From the NCBI RefSeq assembly GCF_004010195.1, contig NC_057719.1, positions 76,747,273-76,811,272 of the forward strand: a stretch of DNA of 64,000 nucleotides, read 5' to 3'. The position numbers were made by a program, and so were the translations under genes. Source of the DNA: Chiloscyllium plagiosum (lineage: Eukaryota). The notes beneath the pieces were generated by a model that was given only the letters and a program-made list of their open reading frames with translations, had not been told where the DNA came from and searched no databases. This document shows, one piece after another, positions 1-13,028 of the stretch. Each line of letters opens with the position of its first letter. Within the stretch, counting starts at the first letter, position 1.

Positions 1-82
1 TGGGTTGCGCTTCGGCGGGTCGGTGTGGACTTGTTGGGCCGAAGGGCCTGTTTCCACACTGTAAGTAATCTAATCTAATCTA
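1..82 (+). mobile_element. HE1-type SINE, 3' end
   Basis: gggtcggtgtggacttgttgggccgaagggcctgtttccacactg followed by (TAATC)n tail; matches other copies in window. Confidence 0.85.
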
Positions 83-865
83 ATTATACACATACACACG
101 TACATTCATATTCCCTTACTAGCACACTTACCTTACAAAAATACTCCTTCATACATTCACTCATCCTCATGTAGGTTCCCTGTCACACAGGTCCACTCCT
201 ACATCACAAAGCCTCATGGCAACACCCTCATGCCTTGTAACATTACTGATTCTCCCTTACTGAAGTTTACTTGATTGTCTATAAACTTCTGCTATCCACC
301 TTGTGCCATCTGCCAAACTTTAACAGGCTCAGCTACACCAATCCCAGCCCATTTTTGCTCACCAAATCATAGGCTCATGCAGCACAGGAAGAGGCCATTC
401 AGCTCATCAAGCCCGAGCTAGCCCATCTGTGGAGCAATCTAACAACATAACTCTGAAGACATGCGCGTGAAGAATCTGGTGTCTGCGGAACTATAATGTG
501 AAAATATGTGACACCTTCAGGAAAGAGGAGAGAAATTCTTCCCTTGCATGTTGAGCAACTTTTATTTGACACTACCTCCACATTTAATGTCATGCTCAAT
601 AGCCTTCTAACCCATTTTATTATTAATGAGCCATTCTGTTAATTATTTTTATCTACATTTAAATTTAGGTGGTGACAATTGACCAGATAAATCAGAATTG
701 TCTTTCCTTATGCACCAGCCTCAGTTTCTGAAATATTTCCTGAGATTTATTGATTCTTTTGCTAAAATATCTCAAAAGAGGTTTGAGGCCAGACAGACCA
801 CCTGGCATCAACTTGGCCACTGGAAACGACAGTAGCAAAAACAGCCCAGTCTGTCCTGCAATGTC

Positions 866-1332
866 GTCCTTACTAACATCCAGGGACTGGGGGCAACATT
901 GGAAGAGCTGTCTCACAGGCGAGTCAAGCACCAGCCTGAAAAAGTCATTGTCACAGAGTCAATGCTTACACATGATGTCCTAGCTATCACTATCTACCAT
1001 AGGCAGGACAGGCCCAGCAGAGGTGGTATTCCGCTGGGAGTCCTCCAAATTGACTCTGCATTACCATAGCATCAGGTCAAATATAGGCACGGGAACATCT
1101 TGCTGATTACATCCTACCGTGGCCCAAGCCACTCACCATCCTAACCTGGAATTGTATTGCCATTCATCTAGTGCCACTGGATCAAATTCCTGGAACTAAC
1201 TTGCTGACAGCATTGTGGATGTACCTACAATAAATAGACTACTGCACTTCACCAGCACCTTCTCAAGGTCAATTAACACCAAACACTGGCCCAGAAAGCA
1301 ATGCCTACATCCCATGAATGAATAAAAATAAA
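866..1332 (+). mobile_element. Fragments of CR1-type LINE family B, including 3' end
   Basis: 1130-1330 resembles 17150-17370; ends cccatgaatgaataaaaa. Confidence 0.6.
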
Positions 1333-1740
1333 CATTTTTCAAAGGCCTCCATCCAGTGTAATGGAATAACTAACAGCATTCCCAGTTAACAATACCAGCT
1401 TTTTGGTTAGTTACCCTTATTTGTCATCTGTGACCTTTGAAAGTGAGTGGGGAGCAGTTCAGCCAAGTCAAAATATTTCTCTATGAAGGATTAAATGTTT
1501 AAATTCAGGCTGATGTATGTACTTGCTTGGGTCTGGGTGACATGACTAATTACATCACCCAAAGCGCGACACTAACTGACCTCAGTTAACTCAGGACAGA
1601 TCTGCTTGACTGAAATGACACAAAAACAACAACAATGAGTAAACAAGAAGGAAAGAGAGGTAGAGAAGTTGAAGGAGCATTTAGGATCTTAGAACTTGAC
1701 TGCGTGATAATTGGCGGAGAAAGTGCATTGGGGATGAACA

Positions 1741-2043
1741 AGTGTGGAAGCAGGTCAGTTGGCCCCTCGAGTCCACACTGACCCTCCCAAGAGCATCCCA
1801 CCCAAACCCACTCCCCTTTCCCATGGCTAACCCACCGAGCCTGCACATCCCTGGACACTATGGCCAATTTCCCAAGACCAATCCACGTCTTTGGACTGTG
1901 GGAGGAAACTGGAGCACCCAGAGGAAACCCACGCAGACGCAGGGAGAATGTGCAAACTCCACACAGACTATCACCTGAGGCTGGAATCAAACCCAGGTCC
2001 CTAGTTCTGTGAGGCAGCAGTGCTAACCACTGAGTCACTGTGC
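1741..2043 (-). mobile_element. HE1-type tRNA-derived SINE
   Basis: Reverse complement of tRNA head (tggttagcactgctgcctcaca...tttgattcc) and core gtgtggagtttgcacattctccc. Confidence 0.9.
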
Positions 2044-2856
2044 AGAAGTCTTGTAACATTTTGTAGGGCTGGAAGGGGTACAGAGCAGTGACGGCATGAA
2101 GGGATTTAAAAACAAGAATAGGAATTTTAAAGTTGTATATTTTCAATTAAAACTAAATGGGCCCCAAAATATCTCATGTTGGGCTATTCCAATTTAATGA
2201 AAATGAATGTGGAATGCTCATTGCTGAACCTTTTCAAGGCTGAATATGCCTTTATGCTTCTGACCAGTTCATATAGATATTCACAGAAGGATCCTCAGTC
2301 TAATACTCTGTCAATGTGCTGTAGGTGCTTGGGCATTAAAATTCAGCTTCTAAAAGGCCACGACAAGCTTAAGGATACTGTAGAGCAGCAGGCTGGAGGA
2401 GAAACAGGTCATGAGCAGGCTATTTGATCACTGAGTTCACTGCTATGTTAGCTGCATTGGACAGTCCCTGTGTGATGTGGTGCCATTTTCTGCGCTACTG
2501 TACATTCTGCCACAGACAGCAGATGTGAAAGGATGAGGGACTCACACAGAGCAACAAAGGAACAGCTCATCAGTTCAGTGAGACCAACCTCTATGTTCTC
2601 TTTTAAGAGACTGAGTGGAGGAAGAGAGAAATGGAGGAAAATAGAGAAGGGAAGATAAATCTCAATTGGAGGACGTTGCAAAATATCTTCCTAACGGATA
2701 GAGGTGCCACTGAGTCCCTGGCACTGTGTTCATTTGCCAGGCCATAAGCTAGGAATTTCCTCCTTAAACTTCTGCATCTCCTTCCTTTGCTTTCCTCCTT
2801 TAAGACACTCCTTAAAGTATACTTCTTTGACCAGGCCTTTGAACATTTGATCTATT

Positions 2857-3176
2857 GGGGCAGCACAGTGGCTCAATGGTTAGCACAGCTACCTCACAGC
2901 ACCAGGGACCCAGGTTTGCTTCCAGCCTCAGGTAACTGTCTGTGTGGAGTTTGCACATTCTTCCCCCTATGTTGGTGTGGTTTTCCTCCAAAAGGTGTGC
3001 AGATCAGGTGAATTGGCCGTGCTAAATTGCCCATAGTGTTCAGGGATGTGTAGGCTAGGTGGATTAGTTAGGGGTAAATGTAGGTTCAGGGAATGGGTCT
3101 GGGTAAGATACTCTTTGGAGAGTCAGTGTGGACTTGTTGGGCCAAATGGTCTATTTCCACACTGTAGGGATTGTAT
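2857..3176 (+). mobile_element. HE1-type SINE inserted in an older L2-like 3' remnant (about 2745-3275)
   Basis: A/B-box head gtggctcaatggttagc; conserved core; CR1-like tail; flanks resemble the tail at 48325-48520. Confidence 0.85.
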
Positions 3177-4259
3177 TGCCCCCTTGTGTGGCTCAGTGTC
3201 ATTTTTAGCTTTCTGATATATTTCTGAAAAGCACTGGGACATTTTAGTTCATTAAAGGCACTGTATAAAAGTACATTAAAGGCATCAAATAAATGACCAG
3301 AAGGTCATTCTCCACCATTCCCCTAATATCCAGTGACTGTGGAGAGTTGGTGGGTACTCCAATCTCCCATGGTCCTCACCATTATATGGATTTCTCTGAG
3401 TTGAGTTCTTGTCATATTTACACAAATGGGCTTCCAGCTTCATTTCTTCTCCATTAAAAGAGCATCTCCAACAGATTTTGTACGTCAGCCACATAATGCT
3501 TCCCAGGGTACAATCCTCAGTTGTCAGCTGTCCCATAATTCACCCACCAGGAGACTGGAGCGGGCATTCCAAACAACAAGGAGCTGCATCCATGGAGAAC
3601 GGACTATATCGTTTGTCACCATGGGAGATAGCTCAAGTCCTAGGCGAACGTCACATTGACTTGTGAACTGAAATGTTTGAAAGAAACATCTTCAGTCATC
3701 CAAAACTGCAGTATCGTCTACATTTCTCAAACATTAATACATCTATCTATATATCAGCAACCAAGACAATTTTCCTGAATGATGTTATTATGTTTTTTAT
3801 GATAATCTCACATTATTATGGCTCATTTTACTGAAATCTGCTCTTTCTTTGAAACTGAATTCAAATTCTCAAGCCGCTACAGTCAGATTTGTACTGTCAG
3901 TTATTATTAATATCATATATGAACTATATTATTTATTTATATTACATTAATAATCCAGGTTCCAACCCGTTACTATTACAGGAACTAAACCTCAGATACT
4001 TCATTAGTTGGACGATGATTTGAGACAGAATGCTATGAAAGACTATATAAATACAAATTTTTCTTTTTTAATACTATCATGCCCCGCCCCAGGATATGCT
4101 GACGTTACATTTCTTTAACTATTTTGATTAGTGTCAATAGAACAATTTTTATTTTGAGTAGTTTTAGGAGAGAGAAAGGTGTGTTGATGCCTTCAGAAGC
4201 AAAGCCTTGGAACTGAGGTGGATGTTGATTAGCCTGATCTGCAGCAGCATCTCTTTTTG

Positions 4260-4422
4260 CAACATTTTAAGAGGCATTTGGATGGGTATATGAATAGGAA
4301 GGGTTTGGAGGGATATAGACCGGATGCTGGCAGGTGGGACTAGATTGGGTTGGGATATCTGGTCGGTATGGACAGGTTGGACCAAGGGTCTGTTTCCATG
4401 CTGTACATCTCTATGACTCTAT
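4260..4422 (+). mobile_element. CR1/HER1-type LINE 3' end
   Basis: acattttaagaggcatttggatggg...gggtctgtttccatgctgta with ctctatgactctat tail. Confidence 0.8.
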
Positions 4423-5239
4423 GTAACCCCCACATTGCTAAATGTTAGAGTGGCGGCAGCATTGTTTTAACTTTCATCTGACTGTTGTTAGAATGAAGCA
4501 TTAAACCATTTAAACAAAATAATCCTACCACTTTCGATCATTGTGAACGGAGGGCTATCATGTTTGTCACCACCAAAAGTCATTCTGGGTGTATGTTTCT
4601 CTCTTAATGTTTTTAAAATTGTTTATTTTCCTTTACTGGATTTAAAATTAATTTTGCTTCACAGTCATTAAGATATAAAAACATGTTTTGCCAAATAGGA
4701 ATTGGGAAGTCAAATTATTTATGTTTTCAGATAAGCCTTTCTGGCTGAATTCATTTCATGATTGGTAATATCATTGTTCATGTTTCTTTGTTAATGTTGG
4801 TCACAAGCGTAATGAATCTCTTTCTCTCTGGTTACTACATGGAGATTGTTGGGTTTGTTCAATGGTCAGTATGTGACCTAGGGTATAAAGATCTCAGACT
4901 CCACTTCAACCCAGATCAGTTGAAGCATGACGTGCTATTGAAGACATGCTGTTCTGTTGTAAGAATTGCTTAATTGCTCAAGACACTTCTGTGCCTGAGG
5001 AATGTAATGATTATGTGTAACAGTCAGCTGCGATTAACATTGGTTGGATCCTTAAATACCATGTTAGCCACATTTTTGCTTCTATATTAAGAGTGATAAC
5101 ATGAGCATTGCTGCATCAAGTACAGACACACCATTGGAGGTAAAACCCATGTCAGGTAGCTTTCACCTTTTACAAACAGGTACCACAATGTACTCATGAA
5201 AAGGGGGAACTGCACACAGTAATCTGGATTTTTAGCAAT

Positions 5240-5765
5240 CATAGAGTCATAGAGTCATACAGCATGGAAGCAGAGCCTTCGGTCCAACTAGTCCAAACTG
5301 ACCATGTTCCCAAACCAATCTAGTCTCACTTGCCTACATTTGGCCCATATCCCTCCAAACCTTTCCTATTGTAACTGCATCCAGTGCTTCCTCCAGCAGT
5401 TCATTCCACAACTGAACCACTCCTTGTGTAAAACAAAGTTGCCCATTGTGTGCTTTTTAAAACTTTCTCCTCTCACCCTAAAAATATATCCTCTGGTTTT
5501 GAAGTCCCCCATCCTGGGGAAAGCCCCTTGCTGTTCACCTTATATATGCCGCTTGTTGTTTTATAAACCTCTATAAAGTCATCCCTCAAGCTCCCGTGCT
5601 CCAGTGAAAGAAGTCCCTGCCCATCCAGCCTCTCTGTATAACTCATTGCCTCTGTTCCTAGCAATATCCTGATTATCTTTTTGTGAACACCTCCAGTTTA
5701 ATAATATCCTTCCTATAGCAGGGTGACCAGAACTGCACACGGTACTCCAGAAATGGCCCCTCAAC
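5240..5765 (-). mobile_element. CR1/HER1-type LINE 3' fragment
   Basis: (catagagt)n tail; decayed ORF2 C-terminus MSYTERLD..LLSLE..LRDDFIEVYK. Confidence 0.8.
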
Positions 5766-6293
5766 CAGTTTGGGAGGTAGGGGAGTCCATGTAATGGTGA
5801 GGAAATCTGTGAGGGAGTTGATGTGGGTGGCTGTGGAGTACTCAACACATTCCCAATACCACTGAACTCCTCATGTAGCAGTGACTCAATGCAGAACACC
5901 CTCCCGTTCAGAAGCCAGTTGTACCACATAAGTGGAAAATTAAGTGTCCTTTCCTGCTGTTGGCATGTACTAAAAGACTGTGCAGTGGTCACCGTAAGTG
6001 GAGAGGATGGGAGATGCCTCATAATTGTGCACTTTGTGGCTCATGGAATGGTGCCCAAGCAACAGTGGCCACACCCATAGCACCTTTCCAGACAAATAGT
6101 ATGAAAAGTTTCAGCAGTTATTTGTTTTAATTTCCTTTATTCCTACTCTCAGTTTCCAGCATCTCAATCAGTTTTCAAACCAAGCCACAAGGCCACCTTC
6201 AGTTTGCATGCACTCCCATTTTCATCTTGGGTGCCCTTTTCTTGTAAATCTTTCTGGCATTCCATCTGAATGACAGCAACCAGAGGACACAGC

Positions 6294-6700
6294 CATAGAG
6301 GCAGAGAGATGTACAGCGCGGAAACAGACCCTTCGGTCCAACTCGCCTAAGCTGACCAGATATCCTACATTAAGCAACTTCTATTTGCAAGAATTTGGCC
6401 CAAGCCCCTTTGAACCTTTCCTATTCATATACCCATCCACATGCCTCATGAATGTTGCAATTGTACCAGCCTCCATCATTTCCCCTGGCAGTTCACATCA
6501 CACATGTGTGAAAAAGTTGCCCCTTAGGTCCCTTTTATATTTATCCCCCCTCATCTTATGCTGTCTAGTTTTAGAATCCCATATCCTGGGACAAATACCT
6601 TGACTATTCACCCTATCCGTGCCCATCATGATTTTATAAAACTCTATAAGGTCACCCCCTAGCCTCCCCTCCATGGTAAGAAGCCCCAGCCTTTTTCTAC
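6294..6700 (-). mobile_element. CR1/HER1-type LINE 3' fragment
   Basis: Similar to 5240-5765 and 61419-61650. Confidence 0.75.
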
Positions 6701-8503
6701 CTTAGTGGTGATATCCTCTTTAATGAACCTAATTTGTCGAGATCACAAAAACCTTGCACCTCTGATAAAAGCTGTGATTTTCTTACAAATTGCTGAGATG
6801 GTAACACACTGGCTGAAAGATCAATAGATAATGTTGGTTCACTATGGGTGCATCTTTTAATGAAAAATAGAAACAGAGGGAAGAAATGGTACTTTTCTTC
6901 CTATTATTTATGATGCCCAAGTTATTTCAGACAAGAATTCAAGTTTCAACAAAGATTCATACACTTCTCATTTGCATGATTTCGATTTCTGGTCGATATT
7001 CATTGTGCAGTTTTGTCCAGTGCTCCGTTGCCTTTGTAGTATAATCAAATCTGAAAACAATCATTTTCTCTGGCAATAAGTCACTACCAATCCAAGAGGC
7101 TGAGTAAATCACATATGAGAATTCATGACCTGCCAAAATGTCTGTTTGGGAGAATTACTTCAATGTAGCTGCAGATTTCTGTGAAACTGGTTAGAATGGC
7201 CCCATCTGGTGGTACGCCTTGGAAGTGTAGCTATTCCACAAAAACATGGGGAGGAATTTTCCCAGCCCCGAGGTAATGGCAAGTCTGTTGTTAAAATATG
7301 GAAAAATGAAATTCTAGACATCAAGGGGGAAAGAAGCATCATATTTTCCACTTACAGTTTGGACAGCAAGATAAGAATCTTGCTAGTGAGTGGCTGGGGG
7401 TATAGGGAGCCTATTCTTATGCATTAACATCTGATTATTAAATAATCTCAGCTCATTTATATGCAAGTTGCCATTAACCAAGGCAGTAGAGAGAAGCAAC
7501 ATGGGGCAACAACTCCAACATTTAAGTCTAAGCTAGGAACTAGCTCAGGAACATCTTCCTCAGGCCTTCATCTTGCCCCAGCAGTTTCCAACATGGTCTG
7601 ACAGCACCTGCAGATGTCCCCTATCCACGGAGACTGGCATCAGTCCCAGCCTCATCATGTGACACATCTCCGAGTGACTCAGTTCAACACTTCATTGGAC
7701 CTTGCCAGCACCTCACATTGCAATGTTTCTGGCAGTCTGCTTTGCAAACACAGACAGGTACCCATCTCACACAGAAGGTATATCACTGGTCTCCTCAATT
7801 GCTCTCTTAGTGCTCACTCACTTTGTGCCCACTTAGATGCACACTGCACTCCTGTCTTTCCTCGTTTTTTTGCACATTGGTGCCTCACTTTGAGTTTTCA
7901 GGTTCACCATACTTGTGTCTTGCCTTGCCGATTAATGCAGACACAAAGCCAGGCAGCCTGTCATGTCTGCCAGTGATAGATACACTATGTTGTCTTCCCT
8001 TCTCATCTGAATGTGGTTCTAGTAAGTCTATTGTGCTTAGAGTAGTGGCACTAAGGAAGGGGGGGGCTCTTTCAGTTTCATCTTTGTAGCAGCTGTTCTA
8101 ACAGCTAACCAGACAGGCAACAATGTAAAGAGGCAACACTTTCCGAATGTGTTCTTCTATTTAGAACGAGGTCGCACTGGTGCCCTTACAAGTTTTCAGT
8201 TCGCATTTCCCTTCCACTCTGTCCACTGTGAAGGACTATTCCTGGCCTGCAGCATTTGACCTGGTGTATCAGTGAAACTTAACCTGGGAGGCCCTGGCAG
8301 CAGCAAGCATCTTCACTGCTGGTGAACACTGGGTGATAGGAGGGCAGTGCCACAGTTAGCGAGGTGAGCTACTAGAGCTCATGGGAAGTAATGCTTCTTT
8401 AAACTCCCTGAAATTGATTCTTGGTCATTTTCTTTGGGAAAACTCAACTCAACGATTCAGACTTGTTATGATGGGTCATCAGATTGGGCTGAACCTCCTG
8501 GTA

Positions 8504-8823
8504 TTTTTTTTTAGATTACTTACAGTGTGGAAACAGGCCCTTCGGCCCAACAAGTCCACACAGACCCGCTGAAGCGCAACCCACCCAGACCCATTCCTCT
8601 ACATTCACCCCTGCCCCTAACACTACGGGCAATTTAGCATGGCCAATTCACCTAATCTGCACATTTTTGGATGTGGGAGGAAACCGGAGCACCCAGAGGA
8701 AACCCACGCAGACACAGGGAGAATGTGCAAACTCCACACAGTCAGTCGCCTGAGGCGGGAAATGAACCCGGGTCTCTGGCGCTGTGAGGCTGCAGTGCTA
8801 ACCACTATGCCACCGTGCCGCCC
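8504..8823 (-). mobile_element. HE1-type SINE, full length, well preserved
   Basis: Complete head, core and tail; 3' part nearly identical to positions 1-70. Confidence 0.92.
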
Positions 8824-8924
8824 ACAAATAAGTTTTGGATAAGTTCAAATTGTGTCAAGTTTTCCAGAGCGATTTTCGCCACGAGGCATGAGTGAGATTT
8901 CTTGCCTCGTCTTACCAAACACCC

Positions 8925-11900
8925 TTCATTAATTACCTACCCCACTAAGCTGCAGTGGATCACAGCCCTTCAATCTGCCTTAAACTCCGTGCTTACACAT
9001 TCAGCCAGGAAGGAACTTTCCTTTGTGAAGCAAAAGGTTTTTGAACATGGTGATAGGCCAGGTAAATATTTGGTATATCTGGTTAAGAGAAAGACTGCCT
9101 CCCAATCTACTGCTTCTATGAGGGAAGGGAATGGGACTCTTATCTGTAATGCTAAACAGATCAGTACAGCGTTTCAGAGTTCTATTCTGAACTGCATCAG
9201 TCTGAATGTTGTAAGGATAAATGGGATAAAATGGAGTCATTTTTTTAGGAACTTGCATCTTCCAGGGGTGTCTGTTGAGCAGGCCTCTCTCCTTAGTGCT
9301 GCATTAACAGCACAAGAGACACAGGAGGCGGTGAGGCAACTTCAGTGTGGAAAGGTGCCCGGCCCGGATGGTCTTCTCAGTGAGTTTTATAAGAAATTTG
9401 TAAGCATACTGTCAGGACCGATGCAGCACAGTGGGGCGGCACAGTGGCTCATTGGTTAGTACTGCTGCCTCACAACGCCAGGGACCCGGGTTTGATTCCA
9501 GCCTCGGGTGACTCGCTGTTTGGAGTTTGCACATTCTTCCCATGACTGCGTGGGTTTCCTTTGGGTGCTCCAGTTTTCTCCCACAGTCCAAAGATGTGCA
9601 GGTCAGGTGAATTGGCCATGCTAAATTGTCCATAGTGTTAGTTGCATTAGTCAGGGGTAAATGCAGGGTAGGGGAATGGGTCTGGGTGTCTTACTCTTTG
9701 GAGGGTCGGTGTGGAGTTGTTGGGCCGAAGGGCTGTTTCCATACTGTGGGGAATCTAATCTAGTAACCATTCATATAGTTGTGTTTGCCTCCTGCCATCC
9801 TTGACAGAGGCTAGTATCTCTCTTTACCCTCAAGAAAGGGAAAGCCCCGGAAGACTGTGCTTCTTATAGACCCACCTCGCTCTTAAATTCTGATTTTAAA
9901 ACTTTGTCTAAAGCTTTGGCATTGAGGTGGGAAGGGGTGTTATCCTCTATTGTTAAAGAAGATCAGACGGGCTTTATAAAGGGTCACAGATCCTCTAATA
10001 ATGTTAGGGGGTTGCTTAACAAGATTCAAGTGTGCCAGCAGTGATTGGTTCAATAGTTAGTGGCCTCTTTGGATACGGAGAAGGCATTTGATCAGGTGGA
10101 ATAATCGTATGTCTTTTATACTCTGGAGCGGTTTGGCCTGGGTGAAGTGTTTACTAGATGGGTAAGGATCCTTTACCGTGATCCTCTGGTGGCGGTTCTC
10201 ACTAATGGTGTAAGGTCTGATAATTTTAACATTGGTAGGGGCAGTTGGCAAGGCTGTCCCCTCTCAGCTTTGCTTTTCACATTGGTGATTGAGCCATTGG
10301 TGGGGGCCATTTGTGAGGACCCCAATAAAGCTGCCCCAAAGTGGCGTTGAAGCTGCATAACATTACACTGTACGCGGATGATGTTCTTATTTTTCTCTCG
10401 AACCCAGCAGTCTCAGTGCCCTGTTTGATATGGTATATTACTTCATTTGGTTCTTTTTCAGGTTACAAGACCAATTTTTCAAAGTTGGAGGCTATGCCTA
10501 TTGGGGGGGGGGGGTCTTAGGGGAATACCTGATGTGGAAAGTGGGCTCCCCTTTAAGAGGGCACAAGGAGGTTTTCTTTACTTGGATCTCTCTGTTACCC
10601 TTAGCTTTGATCAGTTATTCAAGGTTCATTTTGTTCATTTGTTAGACAAGATTAAACAAGACTTTCAAAGATGGGGGGCCCTTCCAATATCATGGTTGGG
10701 TTGAGTCGCTCTTATCAAAATGAATGGTCTTCCTCGCTTATTGTACCCTTTGCGGATGCTCCCTTTGCTCTTTCCTAGTCAAACATTTCAGAAATTGAAT
10801 GGCTGGTTTAGTTCTTTTATTTGGCGTTGTAAGTGGCTCCTTATTAAGCTTGTGAAATGCAATTGCCCCAAGGATTGGGGGGAGTGGACCTCCCGGACAT
10901 TAGAAGATATCAAATGAGCTCCATCTTATCTTTTGTAAGTGACTGGGCCTGTGGGACTCTGCGTTAACATAGTTGGACATTGAGGCCTCCCAGATTAAGT
11001 GTCCTCTTATCAACCTGTTGTTTTTAGACAAAATGAGGACAGTTGTGGAACATTGCCATAATCCAATAGTTGCTAACACTGTCAAAGCATGGAGGGCAAT
11101 GAGGCAGGTGTCTAAAGCACCTTTTCTTACTCCGATAGTTGGCATGCCAGGTTTCCGGCCAGGGACAATGATCCCAGGTTTAAACTTTGGGTGGATAGGG
11201 GAGTCTCTTGTTTGGGTGTTCTGTTTGAGGGTGAAACGTTGAGGTTGTTTGATCAAATAACTCGGAAATATGGATTGTCGAGTCGGGACCTCTTCTGTTT
11301 CTTTCAGATTAGAGATATTATCCGAAAGAAGACCACGCTCTTGACCGAGTGTTATAGATCTGATACAGAAAAGAGGGTGCTTCAGGCTAACACCACTCTT
11401 TCAGTGAGTACTCTCTATCATTGGGAAGAAGGTGGTTCCTCGGGTGACATCAAGCATCTACGTGAGGTCTGGGAGAGAGAGTTAGGAGTTGAAATCACTT
11501 TGGAAACATGGGAGGACATTTGTGAGAGTGTGAGGAGGATTTCAATATGCAGTTAAATATTCTTCATAGGGCTCATCTGGCCCCAGATCGTCTTGCAAAA
11601 TGTAAGCAGGGAGCATCTTCAATGTGTCCCAAATAAATATGGGTACCTCACTCATTGTCTGTTGTCCTGCCACAGGCTCCGTGTGTATTGGAGTGCTGTG
11701 GCAGCGGTAATAGAGAGGGTCTTGGGGACCAGACTCAAGGCGGACCTAGTCTCTTTGCTTCTGGGTTTGTCGAATTTACCTCCCTTAGATGTACATGGGA
11801 GAAAGCTTTTGAGCATCCTCACTTTTTGTGCAAGGAAGAACATTCTGATGTGTTGGGTGTCTGAGAACCCCCCCAACACCACCCCCACCCCCCCACCCCG

Positions 11901-12358
11901 GGTCTGTCGGGGTGGCATAAGTTAATTATGGAACATGTTGCTTTGGGCTTTCTTACAAACACGGTGCACCAGAAAATGGACAATTTTTATAAGACAAGGC
12001 AGCCCTTTTTGAATTATTTGGAAGCAGATCTGTCCACCATTTTGAATTGGGTTTTTGTCAAGCCATGATGGTTTGGTCTGATAAACCTAATGCCATTTGA
12101 GGAAGAATTTTGAACAAATTTGGGTTTAATAATTGATGCTCTTGAAGGTTGAGAGCTATGGTCTTGTTGCGCTGAGCAGCGTTACTTATTTATTTATTGA
12201 TCTGTAATAAGTGTAGCATTGATTTCTTCTGTAGAGTAACACAGTAGTTGGTATATTGTTTATTGTTGTTTTGATGGTATGATGCTATATTTTCATATTT
12301 TTGTAACTTGCTAATTTCGTAAAGAAAAATTTTTCAATAACAATATTTTTTTAAAAAA
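8925..12358 (+). mobile_element. 5'-truncated L1-clade LINE (decayed ORF2: RT and C-terminal Cys/His region), interrupted by a SINE
   Basis: Motifs FEHGDRPGKYL, GKVPGPDGLLSEFYKKF, QGCPLSALLFTLVIEPL, LYADD (about 10368-10382), MNGLPRLLY; many stops and frameshifts; T-rich 3'UTR ending in an A-run. Confidence 0.85.
9433..9762 (+). mobile_element. HE1-type SINE inserted in L1 ORF2
   Basis: Full head, core and aatctaatct tail interrupting the L1 reading frame. Confidence 0.9.
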
Positions 12359-12629
12359 CTACCTACCCCACCTCTGTGGCATCCGTCTGATGTGAATCTA
12401 TCCCCATCTTACTACCTACCCTTCAAGAAACAACCCACCACTCAGTGGGTATCTGCCAAAACACTGGAATTCCTGATGTTTGCACTACATTTAAAATGCA
12501 ACTGGGTACCAGGACGAGCCCAGGCACTTTGAAGATGCCCTGCTTGGTAATGGGCACTGTCCAAAGATGTTGGAGAAGGGGAGGATGGCACAGTGAGTCT
12601 CTGTCATGGACTTGGAGGAGACTCTGACA

Positions 12630-12939
12630 CTCCAACCCTCCATAGACCATCCTACGTAGACCCAAGCCCCCCCATCCTATCTCTATAAACCTGCATTTCG
12701 CACGCTTCATCCACCTAGCCTACACACCCCTGAACACTATGAGCAATTTAGCATGACCAGTACACCTAATGTGTACACATTTGGACAATGGAAGGAAACC
12801 AGAGCACCCGGACGAGATCCTTACAGACACAGGGCAAATGTGCAAACTCCACACAGACAGTTGCCCAAGGCTGGAATTGAACCTGGGTCCCTAGCTCTGT
12901 GAGGCAACAGTGCCAACCACTGAGCCACCATGCCACCCC
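12630..12939 (-). mobile_element. HE1-type SINE, diverged
   Basis: tgcaaactccacacagacag core; reverse-complement head ggtggcatggtggctcagtggttggcactg. Confidence 0.85.
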
Positions 12940-12954
12940 AACCAGCGAGAGCTC

Positions 12955-13028
12955 AGTCCCGGGCTGGTCTCGAATTACCAATCTTTAGGTTAATAGCCGA
13001 ACGCGCTGATCAAACATGCCACAGAGGC
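12955..13028 (-). pseudogene. tRNA-Asn-derived pseudogene (anticodon GTT mutated to ATT)
   Basis: Minus strand GCCTCTGTGGCATGTTTGATCAGCGCGTTCGGCTATTAACCTAAAGATTGGTAATTCGAGACCAGCCCGGGACT is colinear with vertebrate tRNA-Asn(GTT); D and T stems are disrupted. Confidence 0.8.

Noticed and set aside
1586..2146. 186-aa ORF and similar ORFs at 2787, 8623, 9412, 12766 and 18367
   Set aside because: Chance translations of HE1 SINE sequence, recurring at every copy
3285..3666. Three overlapping 77-85 aa ORFs in non-repeat-looking DNA
   Set aside because: No recognisable domain and no consistent splice structure
4168..4764. Exon-like segments 4168-4217 (ERERCVDAFRSKALELR) and 4731-4764 (DKPFWLNSFHDW)
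   Set aside because: Joining them gives an immediate stop; weak donors; no homology recognised
12955..13028. Functional tRNA-Asn(ATT) gene
   Set aside because: D and T arms are mispaired and the B box is altered; treated as a pseudogene
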